This document shows positions 1 through 9,548 of a stretch of DNA of 64,000 nucleotides, one piece after another; the first letter of the stretch is position 1; each line of letters begins with the position of its first letter. The DNA comes from Thermoanaerobaculia bacterium. GTDB lineage: Bacteria; Acidobacteriota; Thermoanaerobaculia; Multivoradales; Multivoraceae. The stretch is taken from contig OZ220688.1 of assembly GCA_965116445.1 (NCBI GenBank), positions 1,675,789 through 1,739,788 of the forward strand, in the 5' to 3' direction. Under the pieces are notes generated by a model. The model made no database searches, was not told the origin of the DNA, and saw only the letters and a list, made by a program, of their open reading frames with translations. The position numbers and the translations under genes were made by a program.

Positions 1-571
1 GCCGGTTCTGGAGCAGGGTCTCCTTGTTCTCCACGATCCCCTCCCGAAGCAGGAACCCGGCCAGGCGGCCCAGACGCTCCTCGAGCTCGGCGCCTTCGTC
101 CTCGCCGCCGACCTGGGCGGCCAGCACGTCAGCGTGGCCTTCGTCGACTCGCAGGTTGCTGCCCTCCCGCAGCCGCCGCAGCCGTTCGGCGGCCACCTCC
201 TGCTCCTCCCCCTCGGTCGGGAGCTCGGCGGCATCGTCTCCCCCGCGCTCGATCTCGAAGAGGCGCCGGATCCGGTCCTCCATCCCGTTGGCCTGGGCGG
301 CGTCGAAGTCGTACAGAGGCCGGACGTCGGAACGGGCCTGCTCCTTCAGCTCCTCCGATCTCGCCTCGTCGGGGATCAGGATGTCGCGGGTCGCGTGATA
401 GTCGCGGTTCGCGATGTCGCCCTCACTGAGGTCCAGACCGAAGAAGAAGCCGGCCGGCGCCATGACCCAGGTGCCGGCCAGGATGAGGAGCACGACCCAG
501 ACGACGTCGAGTTCCAGTATGTAGTGCCACAGGCCGGCGACGGTCAACCGTTCGCCGTGGCGGCGGAACAT
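1..571 (-). CDS. 7TM-HD membrane phosphohydrolase (PgpH-like), N-terminal part only; the gene continues beyond the window start
   Basis: Minus-strand ATG at 571..569 with an open frame to position 1. It reads MFRRHGERLTVAGLWHYILELDVVWVVLLILAG...IANRDYHATRDILIPDEARSEELKEQARSDVRPLYDFD, with a hydrophobic N-terminus. It sits downstream of phoH as in phoH-pgpH-ybeY clusters. It is absent from the ORF track because no stop falls in the window. Confidence 0.5.
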   Translation of the reverse strand, partial: MFRRHGERLTVAGLWHYILELDVVWVVLLILAGTWVMAPAGFFFGLDLSEGDIANRDYHATRDILIPDEARSEELKEQARSDVRPLYDFDAAQANGMEDRIRRLFEIERGGDDAAELPTEGEEQEVAAERLRRLREGSNLRVDEGHADVLAAQVGGEDEGAELEERLGRLAGFLLREGIVENKETLLQNR

Positions 572-645
572 GCTGCGTCGCAACCGCTTGCGCGCTTCCC
601 GCCGTCGGTCGGCCCGTCGCCGCCGCGGCGTCTTCGCCGGCGGGC

Positions 646-1650
646 TCACCGCTCCTCCCGCCGCGCCGGGTCGGAGCCGAAACGAGCCTCCCAGCGGTCA
701 TAGGCGCCGACGATCCGCTGCACGAGTTCGTGGCGAACCACGTCGGACCGCCCGAAGCCCACGAAGGCCATTCCTTCCTCGCCCCGCAGCACCTCCAGTG
801 CATGCTTGAGGCCCGACTGCTGGCCAACCGGCAGGTCGACCTGCGTGATGTCCCCGTTGACCACGGCCTTCGAGTTGAAGCCGATGCGGGTCAGGAACAT
901 CTTCATCTGCTCGGGCGTCGTGTTCTGCGCCTCGTCGAGAATGATGAAGCTGTCGTTCAGGGAACGCCCCCGCATGAAGGCGAGCGGCGCCACCTCGATC
1001 ACCTCGCGTTCCATCATCCGCGCAACCTTGTCGAAGCCGATGATGTCGTAGAGGGCATCGTAGAGCGGTCGCAGGTAGGGATTCACCTTCTCCGCCAAGT
1101 CGCCGGGCAGGAATCCGAGCTTCTCGCCCGCTTCGACCGCCGGCCGGGCCAGCACGATGCGCTGCACCTTCTCCTGTTTAAGCGCGGAAGCCGCCACCGC
1201 GACCGCCAGGTAGGTCTTGCCCGTGCCCGCCGGCCCGGTCGAAATGACCAGATCGTGATCCAGCATAGCGCGCAGGTACCGCTTCTGGTTCAGGCTGCGC
1301 GGCGCGACCAGACGACGCGACGCCTGAATCAACGCGCCGGTCTTGAAGAAATCGACCAGCGAGGCGGCCGGTTCCTCGGCCACGACGCGCAGCGCGGTCG
1401 CCAGGTCGCCGCCGCTGAGCCTGCGGCCGCTCGCGGCCAGCGTGCCGAGGTCCGTGAGCAGGCGCTCCGCCTGACCCACGGCCTTCGCCGCGCCCTGGAT
1501 CTGAACCGCCGACCCACGCACGCCGAGGGTCACATGGAGCGCCTTCTCGACCCGCCGCAGGTTCTCGTCGTGCGCGCCGCAGATCGCCTGCACCGACCCT
1601 TCGGGCAGGACCAGTTGCGCCCTCGTCCGCGCTGGTTCAGCGGTAGTCAA
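646..1650 (-). CDS. phoH: PhoH family ATPase
   Basis: 334-aa ORF with a GPAGTGKTYLAVA Walker A motif and an ILDEAQN motif; PhoH-like over its length. Confidence 0.85.
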   Translation of the reverse strand: MTTAEPARTRAQLVLPEGSVQAICGAHDENLRRVEKALHVTLGVRGSAVQIQGAAKAVGQAERLLTDLGTLAASGRRLSGGDLATALRVVAEEPAASLVDFFKTGALIQASRRLVAPRSLNQKRYLRAMLDHDLVISTGPAGTGKTYLAVAVAASALKQEKVQRIVLARPAVEAGEKLGFLPGDLAEKVNPYLRPLYDALYDIIGFDKVARMMEREVIEVAPLAFMRGRSLNDSFIILDEAQNTTPEQMKMFLTRIGFNSKAVVNGDITQVDLPVGQQSGLKHALEVLRGEEGMAFVGFGRSDVVRHELVQRIVGAYDRWEARFGSDPARREER

Positions 1651-2488
1651 AGAACCCCTTGCCGGTCTTGCGTCCCAGGTGTCCCGCCTGGACCAACTGC
1701 TTCAGCAACGTCGGCGGTGCGAAGCGCGTTTCCCGGTACTCGTCAAACATGATGTTGGCGACCGAGTACATCGTGTCCAGTCCGATGAAATCGGAGAGCG
1801 TGAACGGCCCCATCGGGTAGCCGCAGCCCAGCTTCATCGCCGTGTCGATGTCCTCCATGCTGCCGATGCCGTTCTCGTAGGCGCGGACCGCATCCAGCAG
1901 GTACGGAATCAGCAGCCGGTTGACGATGAACCCGGAGTTGTCCTTGCAGGCAACCGGCGTCTTGCCGACCCGCTGGGCGAGATTCCAGCAGGCGTCGTAG
2001 GCCGCGTCCGACGTCATCAGCGTGCGGACGACCTCGACCAGCCGCATCACAGGCACCGGGTTGAAGAAGTGAAGCCCGACGAACCGGTCCGGCCGCGCCG
2101 TCGAAGCGGCGAGTTGGGTGAGGGTCAGCGAGGACGTGTTGCTGGCGAAGATCGTGTTCTCACCGACGATGTCGTCCAGCGAAACGAACAGCTCGCGCTT
2201 CGTCTCCAGGTCCTCGACGATCGCCTCGACGACCAGGTCGGAACCGGCGAGATCCGCGAGATCGACCGTACCGCTCAGGTTCGAGATCGCCCGGTCGTGC
2301 TCCTCGGCGTCGATACGCCGCTTCTCCAGACTCTTGGCCAGGGATCTGCGCACCGCGCCGAGCCCCGCATCGAGCGCTTCCTGGTTGATCTCCCTGACCG
2401 TGACCGGGATGCCGGCCCGTGAACAGATCTCCGCGATGCCCCGGCCCATGAGGCCGCAGCCGACGATGCCTACGCGTTCCACTTCCAT
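1637..2488 (-). CDS. 3-hydroxybutyryl-CoA / 3-hydroxyacyl-CoA dehydrogenase
   Basis: 283 aa; N-terminal NAD-binding GIVGCGLMGRGIA; FNPVPVMRLVEV and SGFIVNRLL motifs of the 3-hydroxyacyl-CoA dehydrogenase family. Confidence 0.8.
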   Translation of the reverse strand: MEVERVGIVGCGLMGRGIAEICSRAGIPVTVREINQEALDAGLGAVRRSLAKSLEKRRIDAEEHDRAISNLSGTVDLADLAGSDLVVEAIVEDLETKRELFVSLDDIVGENTIFASNTSSLTLTQLAASTARPDRFVGLHFFNPVPVMRLVEVVRTLMTSDAAYDACWNLAQRVGKTPVACKDNSGFIVNRLLIPYLLDAVRAYENGIGSMEDIDTAMKLGCGYPMGPFTLSDFIGLDTMYSVANIMFDEYRETRFAPPTLLKQLVQAGHLGRKTGKGFFDYR

Positions 2489-2509
2489 CGAACTCTCTCG
2501 CTTTCTCGT

Positions 2510-2971
2510 CTATGTACTCGACGAATCGACCGGTCCGGTTCCGGAGCGGGACTCTAGCAACGGTTCGAGCACCTCGATCGTCCGCTCCCCCGCTTCGCCG
2601 CCGACCTCCAACCGGACCTCCATCGCCGGCAAGCGGTACGGCAGGCGGTCCGCCCACTCCACGACCTTGACACCGTCCCCGGCCAACAGTTCCTCCAACC
2701 CGATTCCCTCGACCTCCTCCGGCTGAAGCCGGTAGAGGTCGACGTGCACCAGGCGCACCGGGCCGCGGTCGTACTCATGAACCAGTGTGTAGGTCGGCGA
2801 CTGGATCAGGGTCGCGTCAAGCCCCAGGCCCTCGGCGATGCCCTGGGTGAGAACCGTCTTGCCGGAGCCCAGGTCGCCGAACAGAAGCGCCGTACCGCCC
2901 GGCGTCAACCGCTCGGCGAGCTCGACTCCCAACCTGCGGGTCTCGCCGGCGCTCCCGGTCCTGACGATCAT
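2510..2971 (-). CDS. tsaE: tRNA threonylcarbamoyladenosine biosynthesis protein TsaE
   Basis: 153 aa with P-loop GDLGSGKTVLTQGIAEGLG; its start overlaps the nnr stop (ATGA), matching the usual yjeF-yjeE pairing. Confidence 0.8.
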   Translation of the reverse strand: MIVRTGSAGETRRLGVELAERLTPGGTALLFGDLGSGKTVLTQGIAEGLGLDATLIQSPTYTLVHEYDRGPVRLVHVDLYRLQPEEVEGIGLEELLAGDGVKVVEWADRLPYRLPAMEVRLEVGGEAGERTIEVLEPLLESRSGTGPVDSSST

Positions 2972-4494
2972 TCCGGCTCTAGCGACTTGAACGCCGGTCC
3001 CAGCTCGTCAACCAGGTCTGAAGCGGCCATCGATGTCTCGCCCCAGGTGGCGGCGGCCAGATCGCCCGCAAGTCCGTGGACGTAGACGCCCATCCTCGCC
3101 GCGGAAGGCGGCTCCAGTCCCTGGGCCAGCAGCGCCGCAATGACACCGGTCAGCACGTCGCCGCTGCCTCCCGAAGCCATTCCCGGATTGCCGGTCGGGT
3201 TCACCCAGGTGCCGAGAACGGGATCGGAGATCAGCGTCTGGCGGCCCTTGAGGACGACCACCGCTCCGGTCTCCTGAGCTGCCCGCCGCGCGTGCTCCCA
3301 TCGGGCCCTCACTACGGCATCCGTGGCGACACCCAGCAGACGGGCCAGTTCGCCGGGATGAGGCGTGATCACGAGGTCGGCGTGACGCACCCGAAGCGCC
3401 CGGGCATCACCGGCGAAAGCGGAGATGCCGTCCGCATCGAGGACGATCGGGGCCACACTTCGAGCCACGACCTGCCGGGCAAGAACGCGAGCACCGTCGC
3501 CCAGGCCGAGGCCCGGGCCCAGCGCCAACGCACCCGGCGATGCGCGCTCGCCGATCGCCTGCAGCAACGGTTCGGCGGCTTCCCGTGACCAACCGTCCCG
3601 ATCCGGGGGCAGGCCCAGAGTCATCGATTCGAGCGAGCCGGCGTCGACGACGAGGGCGAGATGTTCGGGCACCGCGGCCGTCACCAGCCCGGCGCCGCCC
3701 CGGACGGCGGCGCGCGTTGCCAGGACCACGGCCCCCGTGTAGCCGCTCCTGCCGCCGGCGACGACGACGTGACCGAACGTGCCCTTGTGCCCGTCGAGCG
3801 GACGCGCTCCGAGTCGACCGACCAGATCCCGCCGCCGCGACCGGTAGAGAGCCTCCGGCCCCGGCGGCGGTTCGGGCAACGGCACCCCAAGATCGCCGAT
3901 CCGAAGCCGTCCGCAGGCGTCCGACGAGGGCGCCAGCACGGTCGCGACCTTGGGGAAGCCCAGAGCCACCGTGAGGTCAGCGACGACGTGCGGCCCTGGA
4001 GGCACGGACGTGGAGGCGTCGAGCCCGGTCGGCAGATCGACCGAGACCAGCGGAACGTCTCCGCTCCGCTTGCCCAGCCAGTCGACCCACCGGGCCACCG
4101 GACCCTCCACCGGCCGATTGAGCCCCGTGCCGAGCAGCGCGTCGACCCACAGGTCGACCGGGGCGCCCACCGCGTCGCACTCGGCGGGCTCGGGAACCAC
4201 CGCCGTCGACAGGCCGAGCTGTTCGCAGGACACGAACTGCTGCGTCGCTTCGGGGCTGAGCCTGTCGAGCGATCCGGCGATGAAGGCGGTCGCCTCGTAC
4301 CCCCGGGTCGTCAGATCGCGCAGCAGGGCAAGTCCGTCGCCGCCGTTGTTGCCCCGGCCGCAGGCGATGGCGACACGGCGCGCACGCGGATAGCACTCCG
4401 CGATCGCGTCGGCGGTGGCGCGAGCCGCATTCTCCATCAGCACCAGCGCCGGCACGCTCAGGTCGTCGATCACCGCGGCTTCGGCCGACCGCAT
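2968..4494 (-). CDS. nnr: Bifunctional NAD(P)H-hydrate repair enzyme Nnr (epimerase + ADP-dependent dehydratase)
   Basis: YjeF-N and YjeF-C (carbohydrate kinase-like) domains: GRGNNGGDGLAL, GHKGTFGHVVVAGG, GGSGDVLTG. Start set at the internal ATG 4494 (MRSAEAAVIDD); the ORF upstream of it is low complexity. Confidence 0.8.
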   Translation of the reverse strand: MRSAEAAVIDDLSVPALVLMENAARATADAIAECYPRARRVAIACGRGNNGGDGLALLRDLTTRGYEATAFIAGSLDRLSPEATQQFVSCEQLGLSTAVVPEPAECDAVGAPVDLWVDALLGTGLNRPVEGPVARWVDWLGKRSGDVPLVSVDLPTGLDASTSVPPGPHVVADLTVALGFPKVATVLAPSSDACGRLRIGDLGVPLPEPPPGPEALYRSRRRDLVGRLGARPLDGHKGTFGHVVVAGGRSGYTGAVVLATRAAVRGGAGLVTAAVPEHLALVVDAGSLESMTLGLPPDRDGWSREAAEPLLQAIGERASPGALALGPGLGLGDGARVLARQVVARSVAPIVLDADGISAFAGDARALRVRHADLVITPHPGELARLLGVATDAVVRARWEHARRAAQETGAVVVLKGRQTLISDPVLGTWVNPTGNPGMASGGSGDVLTGVIAALLAQGLEPPSAARMGVYVHGLAGDLAAATWGETSMAASDLVDELGPAFKSLEPE

Positions 4495-4514
4495 CTCGTC
4501 TGTCGTGACGACTC

Positions 4515-5255
4515 TCAACGCCGGCCCTCCTTCTCCGATGGATGCTCCGACCACGACGCAACGACTTCGGCCGTACGCGGGCACATGGATCGCAAATCGG
4601 GCCGGCGTTCGAGGGCATCCCGGAATCGGACCAGATCCTCCACCGTGTCGAGATCCTCTTCTTCCGGAAGCAGGGCCACTTCCAGCCCCAGTTCGCGGCA
4701 GCGCAATTGCGTCTCGCGCAACACCGACGGCGTGCTCCACGCCAGTCCATCGAACAGGCGACGGTTCACAGCCTTCCGGCGCAGTGCGATCAGGTAGTAG
4801 CCGCCGTCCCGGGCCGGGCCGAGGACCGCGTCGTTCCCGCGCGCCAGAAGATCGAACGCCGTCTCCACCCGCGCCGTATCGAGGTCGGGCTGATCGCTGC
4901 CGACCGCCGCGACGTAGCCGGCACGCGACGCGGCCCATTCCAGCCCGCGGAAGAGCCGCTCGCCCAGGTCGCGACCGCGCTGCCGCCGCCAGGGCACGCC
5001 GGCAGGCGCCAGGTCGACCGGCGAATCACCGCCCCGCGACAGCAACCACATCAGAATCAGCTCCCAACGCCCGGCATCGAGCCGCCAACTCAGGTCCGCA
5101 ACCAGGGCGGCGTGCAGCGAAGCGGCCTGGCCGGCAGTCAACCCGTCCGGCGCGATCAGCCGGGTTTTCACCTGGCCAGGAACCGGCTCCTTGGCGAAGA
5201 GCAGCAGCCGCCGGACCGAAGCCTCGGCGGGCCGCGGACCCGGCGCTCCCCGGAC
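4515..5255 (-). CDS. TIGR04282/DUF2064-type glycosyltransferase-like protein (start uncertain; GTG near 5216-5255)
   Basis: RLLLFAKEPVPGQVKTRL ... VLGPARDGGYYLIAL motifs typical of the DUF2064/CofC-like family. The N-terminal extension of the ORF is low-complexity Arg/Gly and was not treated as coding. Confidence 0.5.
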   Translation of the reverse strand, partial: VRGAPGPRPAEASVRRLLLFAKEPVPGQVKTRLIAPDGLTAGQAASLHAALVADLSWRLDAGRWELILMWLLSRGGDSPVDLAPAGVPWRRQRGRDLGERLFRGLEWAASRAGYVAAVGSDQPDLDTARVETAFDLLARGNDAVLGPARDGGYYLIALRRKAVNRRLFDGLAWSTPSVLRETQLRCRELGLEVALLPEEEDLDTVEDLVRFRDALERRPDLRSMCPRTAEVVASWSEHPSEKEGRR

Positions 5256-5302
5256 ACCCGCGCCGTCGGCAGGGTGCGGACGACCGTCGGCCAAGTGGGT
5301 CC

Positions 5303-5521
5303 TCACCTCTTCCTGAGCCGTCGGAGCGACCACGCGATCGCGATCCCGACCGCGCCGGCAGCGACGGGCAGCACCCACGCCGCCCCCACACGGACTCTGC
5401 TCAAGTCGGTTCCGCCCACGTCGCCGAGGGCCCTGCGGACCTGCTCCACGGCCTCCTTCGTGTCGTCGCGCCGGCGCGCCAGCACAGCCGCCCGCCTGCG
5501 CTCCTCCGAACGGCGGCTCAC
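5303..5521 (-). CDS. Small hypothetical membrane protein (one C-terminal TM)
   Basis: 72-aa ORF immediately downstream of the holin-X-like gene (4-bp overlap). Charged N-terminus plus one hydrophobic helix; resembles the small partners in yqjD/yqjE/yqjK-type clusters. Confidence 0.3.
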   Translation of the reverse strand: MSRRSEERRRAAVLARRRDDTKEAVEQVRRALGDVGGTDLSRVRVGAAWVLPVAAGAVGIAIAWSLRRLRKR

Positions 5522-5988
5522 GATTCGCTACCCGACGACTCGTCGGGTTCCCGCTCCGAAGCCGCGACGCCGGCACGCGCGGCCTCGTCCAGGACGCCCT
5601 GCCAAAACGCCACATGACTGCCAACGCGGCGCTTCACGGTGCCCACGGGCGACTCGAGACGGCGCGCGCGAACGCGGACGATCCAGAGCAGAATCAGCGC
5701 CAACGCCAGCAGGCCCACTGCAACCACCAGCGCGGCTGCCCAGACCGGGAGCACCAGCGCCAGGCCGGCTCCGGCAGCGAAGAGGAGCGCGCCGAGGGCC
5801 CAGAAGACGATGCCGAACACCAGGGCGGCAAGCAGAACGAGGCCCAGAAAGCGGCGCCAGTTCCGGGCCAGGTCGAAACGCAGTTGATCCACTTCCGCTT
5901 CGAGCAGCGCCGCGGCGGAACGCGCCAGAGCGCCTCCGAGCCCGCTCAAGGCGCTCAACGACTCGACGATCTTCGTGGTCTTCACAAC
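5518..5988 (-). CDS. Putative holin-X / YqjE-like (Phage_holin_3_6-like) inner membrane protein; start approximate
   Basis: Two long hydrophobic helices (LGLVLLAALVFGIVFWALGALLFAAGAGLALVLPVWAAALVVAVGLLALALILLWIV) in a ~140-aa protein. Confidence 0.4.
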   Translation of the reverse strand, partial: VVKTTKIVESLSALSGLGGALARSAAALLEAEVDQLRFDLARNWRRFLGLVLLAALVFGIVFWALGALLFAAGAGLALVLPVWAAALVVAVGLLALALILLWIVRVRARRLESPVGTVKRRVGSHVAFWQGVLDEAARAGVAASEREPDESSGSES

Positions 5989-6070
5989 GGCTTCAGCCTC
6001 CAGGCAGACGCTAGCAGCCCAAATGTCGGCCTCGAAGCAGCCTACCCGCAACTCCCCGGTCAGACGTTCG

Positions 6071-7840
6071 TCAGGCGCCGACCCGCAGGTTCCGGGTGAT
6101 GAAGGACGTCTCGCCGGCCACCTCGTCCCGCACCGCGATCGTCAGGCGCTGATCGCCTTCCTTCATGATCAGGGGCAGCGTGTAGGTGTAGAAGCTCTCC
6201 CGCGCCCGCTCCAGGTCCTCGGCCGGGATGGTGAGCTCGAACGGCTCGACCTGGGGAGGCGAGATGTCCCCATTCGATGCCAGAGCCTGCACCCAGACAC
6301 GCGCCCGCAGCAAGTGCTCGCCCGCCGTGCCCACAGGCACCAGGGTCATCTCGCCGATCGGCACCCGCACGTCGAGGTGGACGGTGTAGAGCCCGCGCTC
6401 CTCACGGCGGATCTCGTCCGACTTGACCAGGGTGATGTCCAGGTCGTTCTTCTCGTAGCCGAGCTTGAGCGCCGCCAGGGTCCCCTCGGTCATCTCCGTA
6501 TCGATCGACTTGTCGCGGTAACTCAGGCGATGCCTCACGTTCCTGTCCCGCAAGCCAAGACGCCTCTTCGCCTCGTTCGTCAACTCGACGCGGAGCTTGT
6601 ACCTCCGGCCGGTACCCGCGTGACCGGGCTGGAAGCCGAGCGAGTAGAAGCTCGTGAAGTCGAGTGCGATGCGGTTCAGGCCGTCGCGGAAGTTGTTCGT
6701 GTTGACGATGTACTGGCCGCCGGTTTCTTCGGCCATGTACATGACGGACGAGTGCACGTTGTCCCTGGCGACGGAGTCGATGTTCGACGAGAACGCCATG
6801 CCCTGCATCGAGGCGTCCCGCGAGTTGATGCCCATCGGCCCGGCGGCGACGATCGTGTAGAAGGAGACTTCGTTCGCGTTCGCCGTGTCGACCAGGTCGC
6901 TAAAGCGCCGGCTCGAGTCGTACTGAAGCGAGTCGAGGAAGAAGTTCTGGTTGTAGCTCAGGGAGTCGACCGACCGGCCGCGCTCATCGAGCGCCTGCCA
7001 CATGTCCGCGCCCGCTCGCATCGGCAGACCGTCCGAGACGTACATGAAGGCCTTGCGGCCCGGCAGACCGGCCAGCGAGATCACGGTGTCCTTCAGACCG
7101 TCGATCGTGAACTGCATGTCGTTGAAGATCGACTGGGAGTAGATCCGGACCCGGCCCTGGACGTATTCGTAGTGGCGGTCCTCCTCGCTGATGTCACGGA
7201 TGATGTCGGCCCGGTCGGAGTCCCACTGCGTCCTGCCGCCAGTGTGCTTCTCGAGTTCGTAGAGAGCGTTCGCGATCATCTGCGGATCGCTGGTGAAGTC
7301 CCGCTCGACCTTGACCGAGCGGTTGTAGCTCAACAGCATGACCCGGTCGTCGCGAGTGACGTCCTTGCGCAGGAACTCGCGCACGTAGCGGAACACCCGA
7401 TTGCGGTTCTGGGGCCGGATGTTCATGTGATCGATGTAGATCACGAGGTTGAGGCGTTCGTCCTCCGGCACGACGACCCGTCGACGCTCCAGGCCCGGCC
7501 GGTCCACGAAACGGACTTCGGGTTCCTCCGGCACCAGGCCGGGTACGTCGCTCACCTTGACCCGATCCTGAACCTCGTAGAAGTTCGTGATCGTGACCGG
7601 GTCCTTCTCCTCTCTGAGAATGAAGTCCTTCCTGGTCAGGCCCTTCACCGGATTGCCGTCCTTGTCCCGGACGAAGACCTGGACGTTGACGACCTTGACG
7701 TGGACTGACTCAAGGAAGGTGGCGCGAGGCGGTTCGGAGGAGCCCTCCCGGACCTGACCGGCGACCGCCCCTGTCAGCAGCGATCCGAAGATCAGACAAC
7801 CGGCGCGCAGCACAAGCACTTGACGGAGTGGTCCAGCCAT
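6071..7840 (-). CDS. Secreted VWA domain protein with a TIGR03436-like 'VWFA-related Acidobacterial' N-terminal domain
   Basis: Start at ATG 7840 (MAGPLRQVLVLRAGCLIFGSLLTGAVAG, a signal peptide). FLESVHVKVVNVQVFVRDKDGNPVKGLTRKDFILREEKDPVTITNFYEV matches the TIGR03436 signature. A VWA-like core follows. Confidence 0.7.
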   Translation of the reverse strand: MAGPLRQVLVLRAGCLIFGSLLTGAVAGQVREGSSEPPRATFLESVHVKVVNVQVFVRDKDGNPVKGLTRKDFILREEKDPVTITNFYEVQDRVKVSDVPGLVPEEPEVRFVDRPGLERRRVVVPEDERLNLVIYIDHMNIRPQNRNRVFRYVREFLRKDVTRDDRVMLLSYNRSVKVERDFTSDPQMIANALYELEKHTGGRTQWDSDRADIIRDISEEDRHYEYVQGRVRIYSQSIFNDMQFTIDGLKDTVISLAGLPGRKAFMYVSDGLPMRAGADMWQALDERGRSVDSLSYNQNFFLDSLQYDSSRRFSDLVDTANANEVSFYTIVAAGPMGINSRDASMQGMAFSSNIDSVARDNVHSSVMYMAEETGGQYIVNTNNFRDGLNRIALDFTSFYSLGFQPGHAGTGRRYKLRVELTNEAKRRLGLRDRNVRHRLSYRDKSIDTEMTEGTLAALKLGYEKNDLDITLVKSDEIRREERGLYTVHLDVRVPIGEMTLVPVGTAGEHLLRARVWVQALASNGDISPPQVEPFELTIPAEDLERARESFYTYTLPLIMKEGDQRLTIAVRDEVAGETSFITRNLRVGA

Positions 7841-7935
7841 GAATTGTCGATTATAGGTGACGGTGCCGCTTCCGCCTCCAGCGGGGTTGCCTCGAACCGG
7901 GAACAAGGCGGGCGGCCCGACCATTCCGTGCGGCC

Positions 7936-8775
7936 TCACCTGTGCCCCCGACGGCCCGCCATCGGGTCGAGGGCGCCGTGGCGACCGTTCCGGCCCAGGG
8001 GATACGACCCGCGAAGAGCCCTCTCGACGAAGGCGACGGCCCGCCGCACAGCCCGCTCGAGCGGCAGGTGCCAGCCGAGACCCGCCGCGATCGCCGCCGA
8101 CAGGGTGCAGCCCGTGCCGCGCCGCCACGGGGTCCGGATTCTGGGGTGGACGAAGGCCTCGAAGCGATTGCCGTCGAACAGAAGATCGGTCAGTTCGCCG
8201 CTAGCGCCACAACCAGCCGACCCCGCCGCGGCCGAGTAGCCGTGGCCCCCGGTGATCAGGACGCCAGGCCCCAGCCGCTCGATGCGCCGCGCGGCAGTCC
8301 GGGCATCGTCCGGACCTCCAATCGCCATGCCGCTCAACCTCTCCGCCTCGAACAGATTCGGTGTCACCAGCAGCAACCTGGGCAGCAGCCGCTCCACGAC
8401 GAGGGGCAGGGCCTCGGCTTCCAGGAGTGCCGCGCCCGAGGTCGACCGGAACACGGGATCGAAGACCGCCGGCGTCGGCGGCAACGCCTCCAGCCAATCC
8501 GCGACCGCCTCGACCGTCGCGGCATCGGTAAGCATGCCGATCTTGATCGCGTCGAGGCCGATCTCGGCGGCCGCCTCCAACTGGCGGCGCAGCAGTTCGG
8601 TGCTTACCGGTTCGACTGCCTTGACTTCGCCGGCGGTCTGGGCGGTCACCGCGGTCAGGGCGCACAGGCCGTGAACCCCGTAGGCCGCAAAGGTCCGCAG
8701 ATCGGCCGGTACTCCCGAGCAGCCCCCGGAGTCGGAGCCGGCGATCGTCAGGACGCGCGGCGGCGGCGTAGCCAT
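7936..8775 (-). CDS. thiD: Hydroxymethylpyrimidine/phosphomethylpyrimidine kinase
   Basis: VLTIAGSDSGGCSGVPADLRTFAAYGVHG and LLVTPNLFEAERL motifs of the ThiD / PfkB-like kinase family. Confidence 0.8.
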   Translation of the reverse strand: MATPPPRVLTIAGSDSGGCSGVPADLRTFAAYGVHGLCALTAVTAQTAGEVKAVEPVSTELLRRQLEAAAEIGLDAIKIGMLTDAATVEAVADWLEALPPTPAVFDPVFRSTSGAALLEAEALPLVVERLLPRLLLVTPNLFEAERLSGMAIGGPDDARTAARRIERLGPGVLITGGHGYSAAAGSAGCGASGELTDLLFDGNRFEAFVHPRIRTPWRRGTGCTLSAAIAAGLGWHLPLERAVRRAVAFVERALRGSYPLGRNGRHGALDPMAGRRGHR

Positions 8776-9548
8776 AGCAGAGCGACCAGAAGCAGAAGAG
8801 CGGCCGCGATCAACTGCGCCACGGTCAACGCTCCGATTAAGCGATCGTCCTTGGCGCGCACGAACTCCACCAGGAAGCGCTCAACCGACAGCAGTCCGAC
8901 AACCGGCAGCACGACGCCGCCGGGCGCTGCGCCCCGCGCCAGGAGCCTGCGGCCGAACCAGAAGATCAGCAGCGCCGCCGAAGTTTCGTAGATCTGGGTG
9001 GGATGCACCGCGACGAGCGCGTCCGCCGCCAGGTCGGCCGGGAGGTCGACGCCGAACTCGCGCTGCAAGGCGCCCGCCGTGGTCGGGATCGGCCCCTCGG
9101 GAAACGTCATGCCCCAGGGAAGGTCCGTGGGCGAGCCGTAGTCGTCGCCGACGAGCAGGCACCCGATGCGGCCGATGCCGTAGCCGAGAGCCAGAGCGGG
9201 CGCCGTGGCGTCGGCCGTTCGCCATGCCGGCATCCGGCGACGGTGCATGACGAACAGAACCGCCGCGGCGCCGACCAGGAAGCCGCCGTACCAGACCAGA
9301 CCGGCGCGGCTGTACAGCAGACGCCAGTCGCCGTAGAGCAACGCGTAGTACGCCTTGCCGCCGGCGATACCGCCGAGGGCCGCCGCCAGCAGAATGGCCG
9401 CCGCATCGTCCGCGGCCCGCGCGGCGCTCGTGCCCACCCGACGGAGGCCCCAGCGCAACTGCAGGTTGCCGGCGAACAGGGCGACGACCAGCATCACGCC
9501 GAAGGGCGAAACCGAGAGCGGACCGATGCGGAAGAGTTCCGAGATCAT
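8748..9548 (-). CDS. lgt: Prolipoprotein diacylglyceryl transferase
   Basis: Polytopic membrane protein with Lgt signature motifs GYGIGRIGCLLVGDDYG and HPTQIYE. Confidence 0.85.
   Translation of the reverse strand: MISELFRIGPLSVSPFGVMLVVALFAGNLQLRWGLRRVGTSAARAADDAAAILLAAALGGIAGGKAYYALLYGDWRLLYSRAGLVWYGGFLVGAAAVLFVMHRRRMPAWRTADATAPALALGYGIGRIGCLLVGDDYGSPTDLPWGMTFPEGPIPTTAGALQREFGVDLPADLAADALVAVHPTQIYETSAALLIFWFGRRLLARGAAPGGVVLPVVGLLSVERFLVEFVRAKDDRLIGALTVAQLIAAALLLLVALLWLRRRRAS

Noticed and set aside
5026-5391. 121-aa minus ORF and other Arg/Gly-rich ORFs overlapping the 5' extension of the DUF2064 gene
   Set aside because: Low complexity, with no start context. Most likely a non-coding spacer or upstream region of the real gene.
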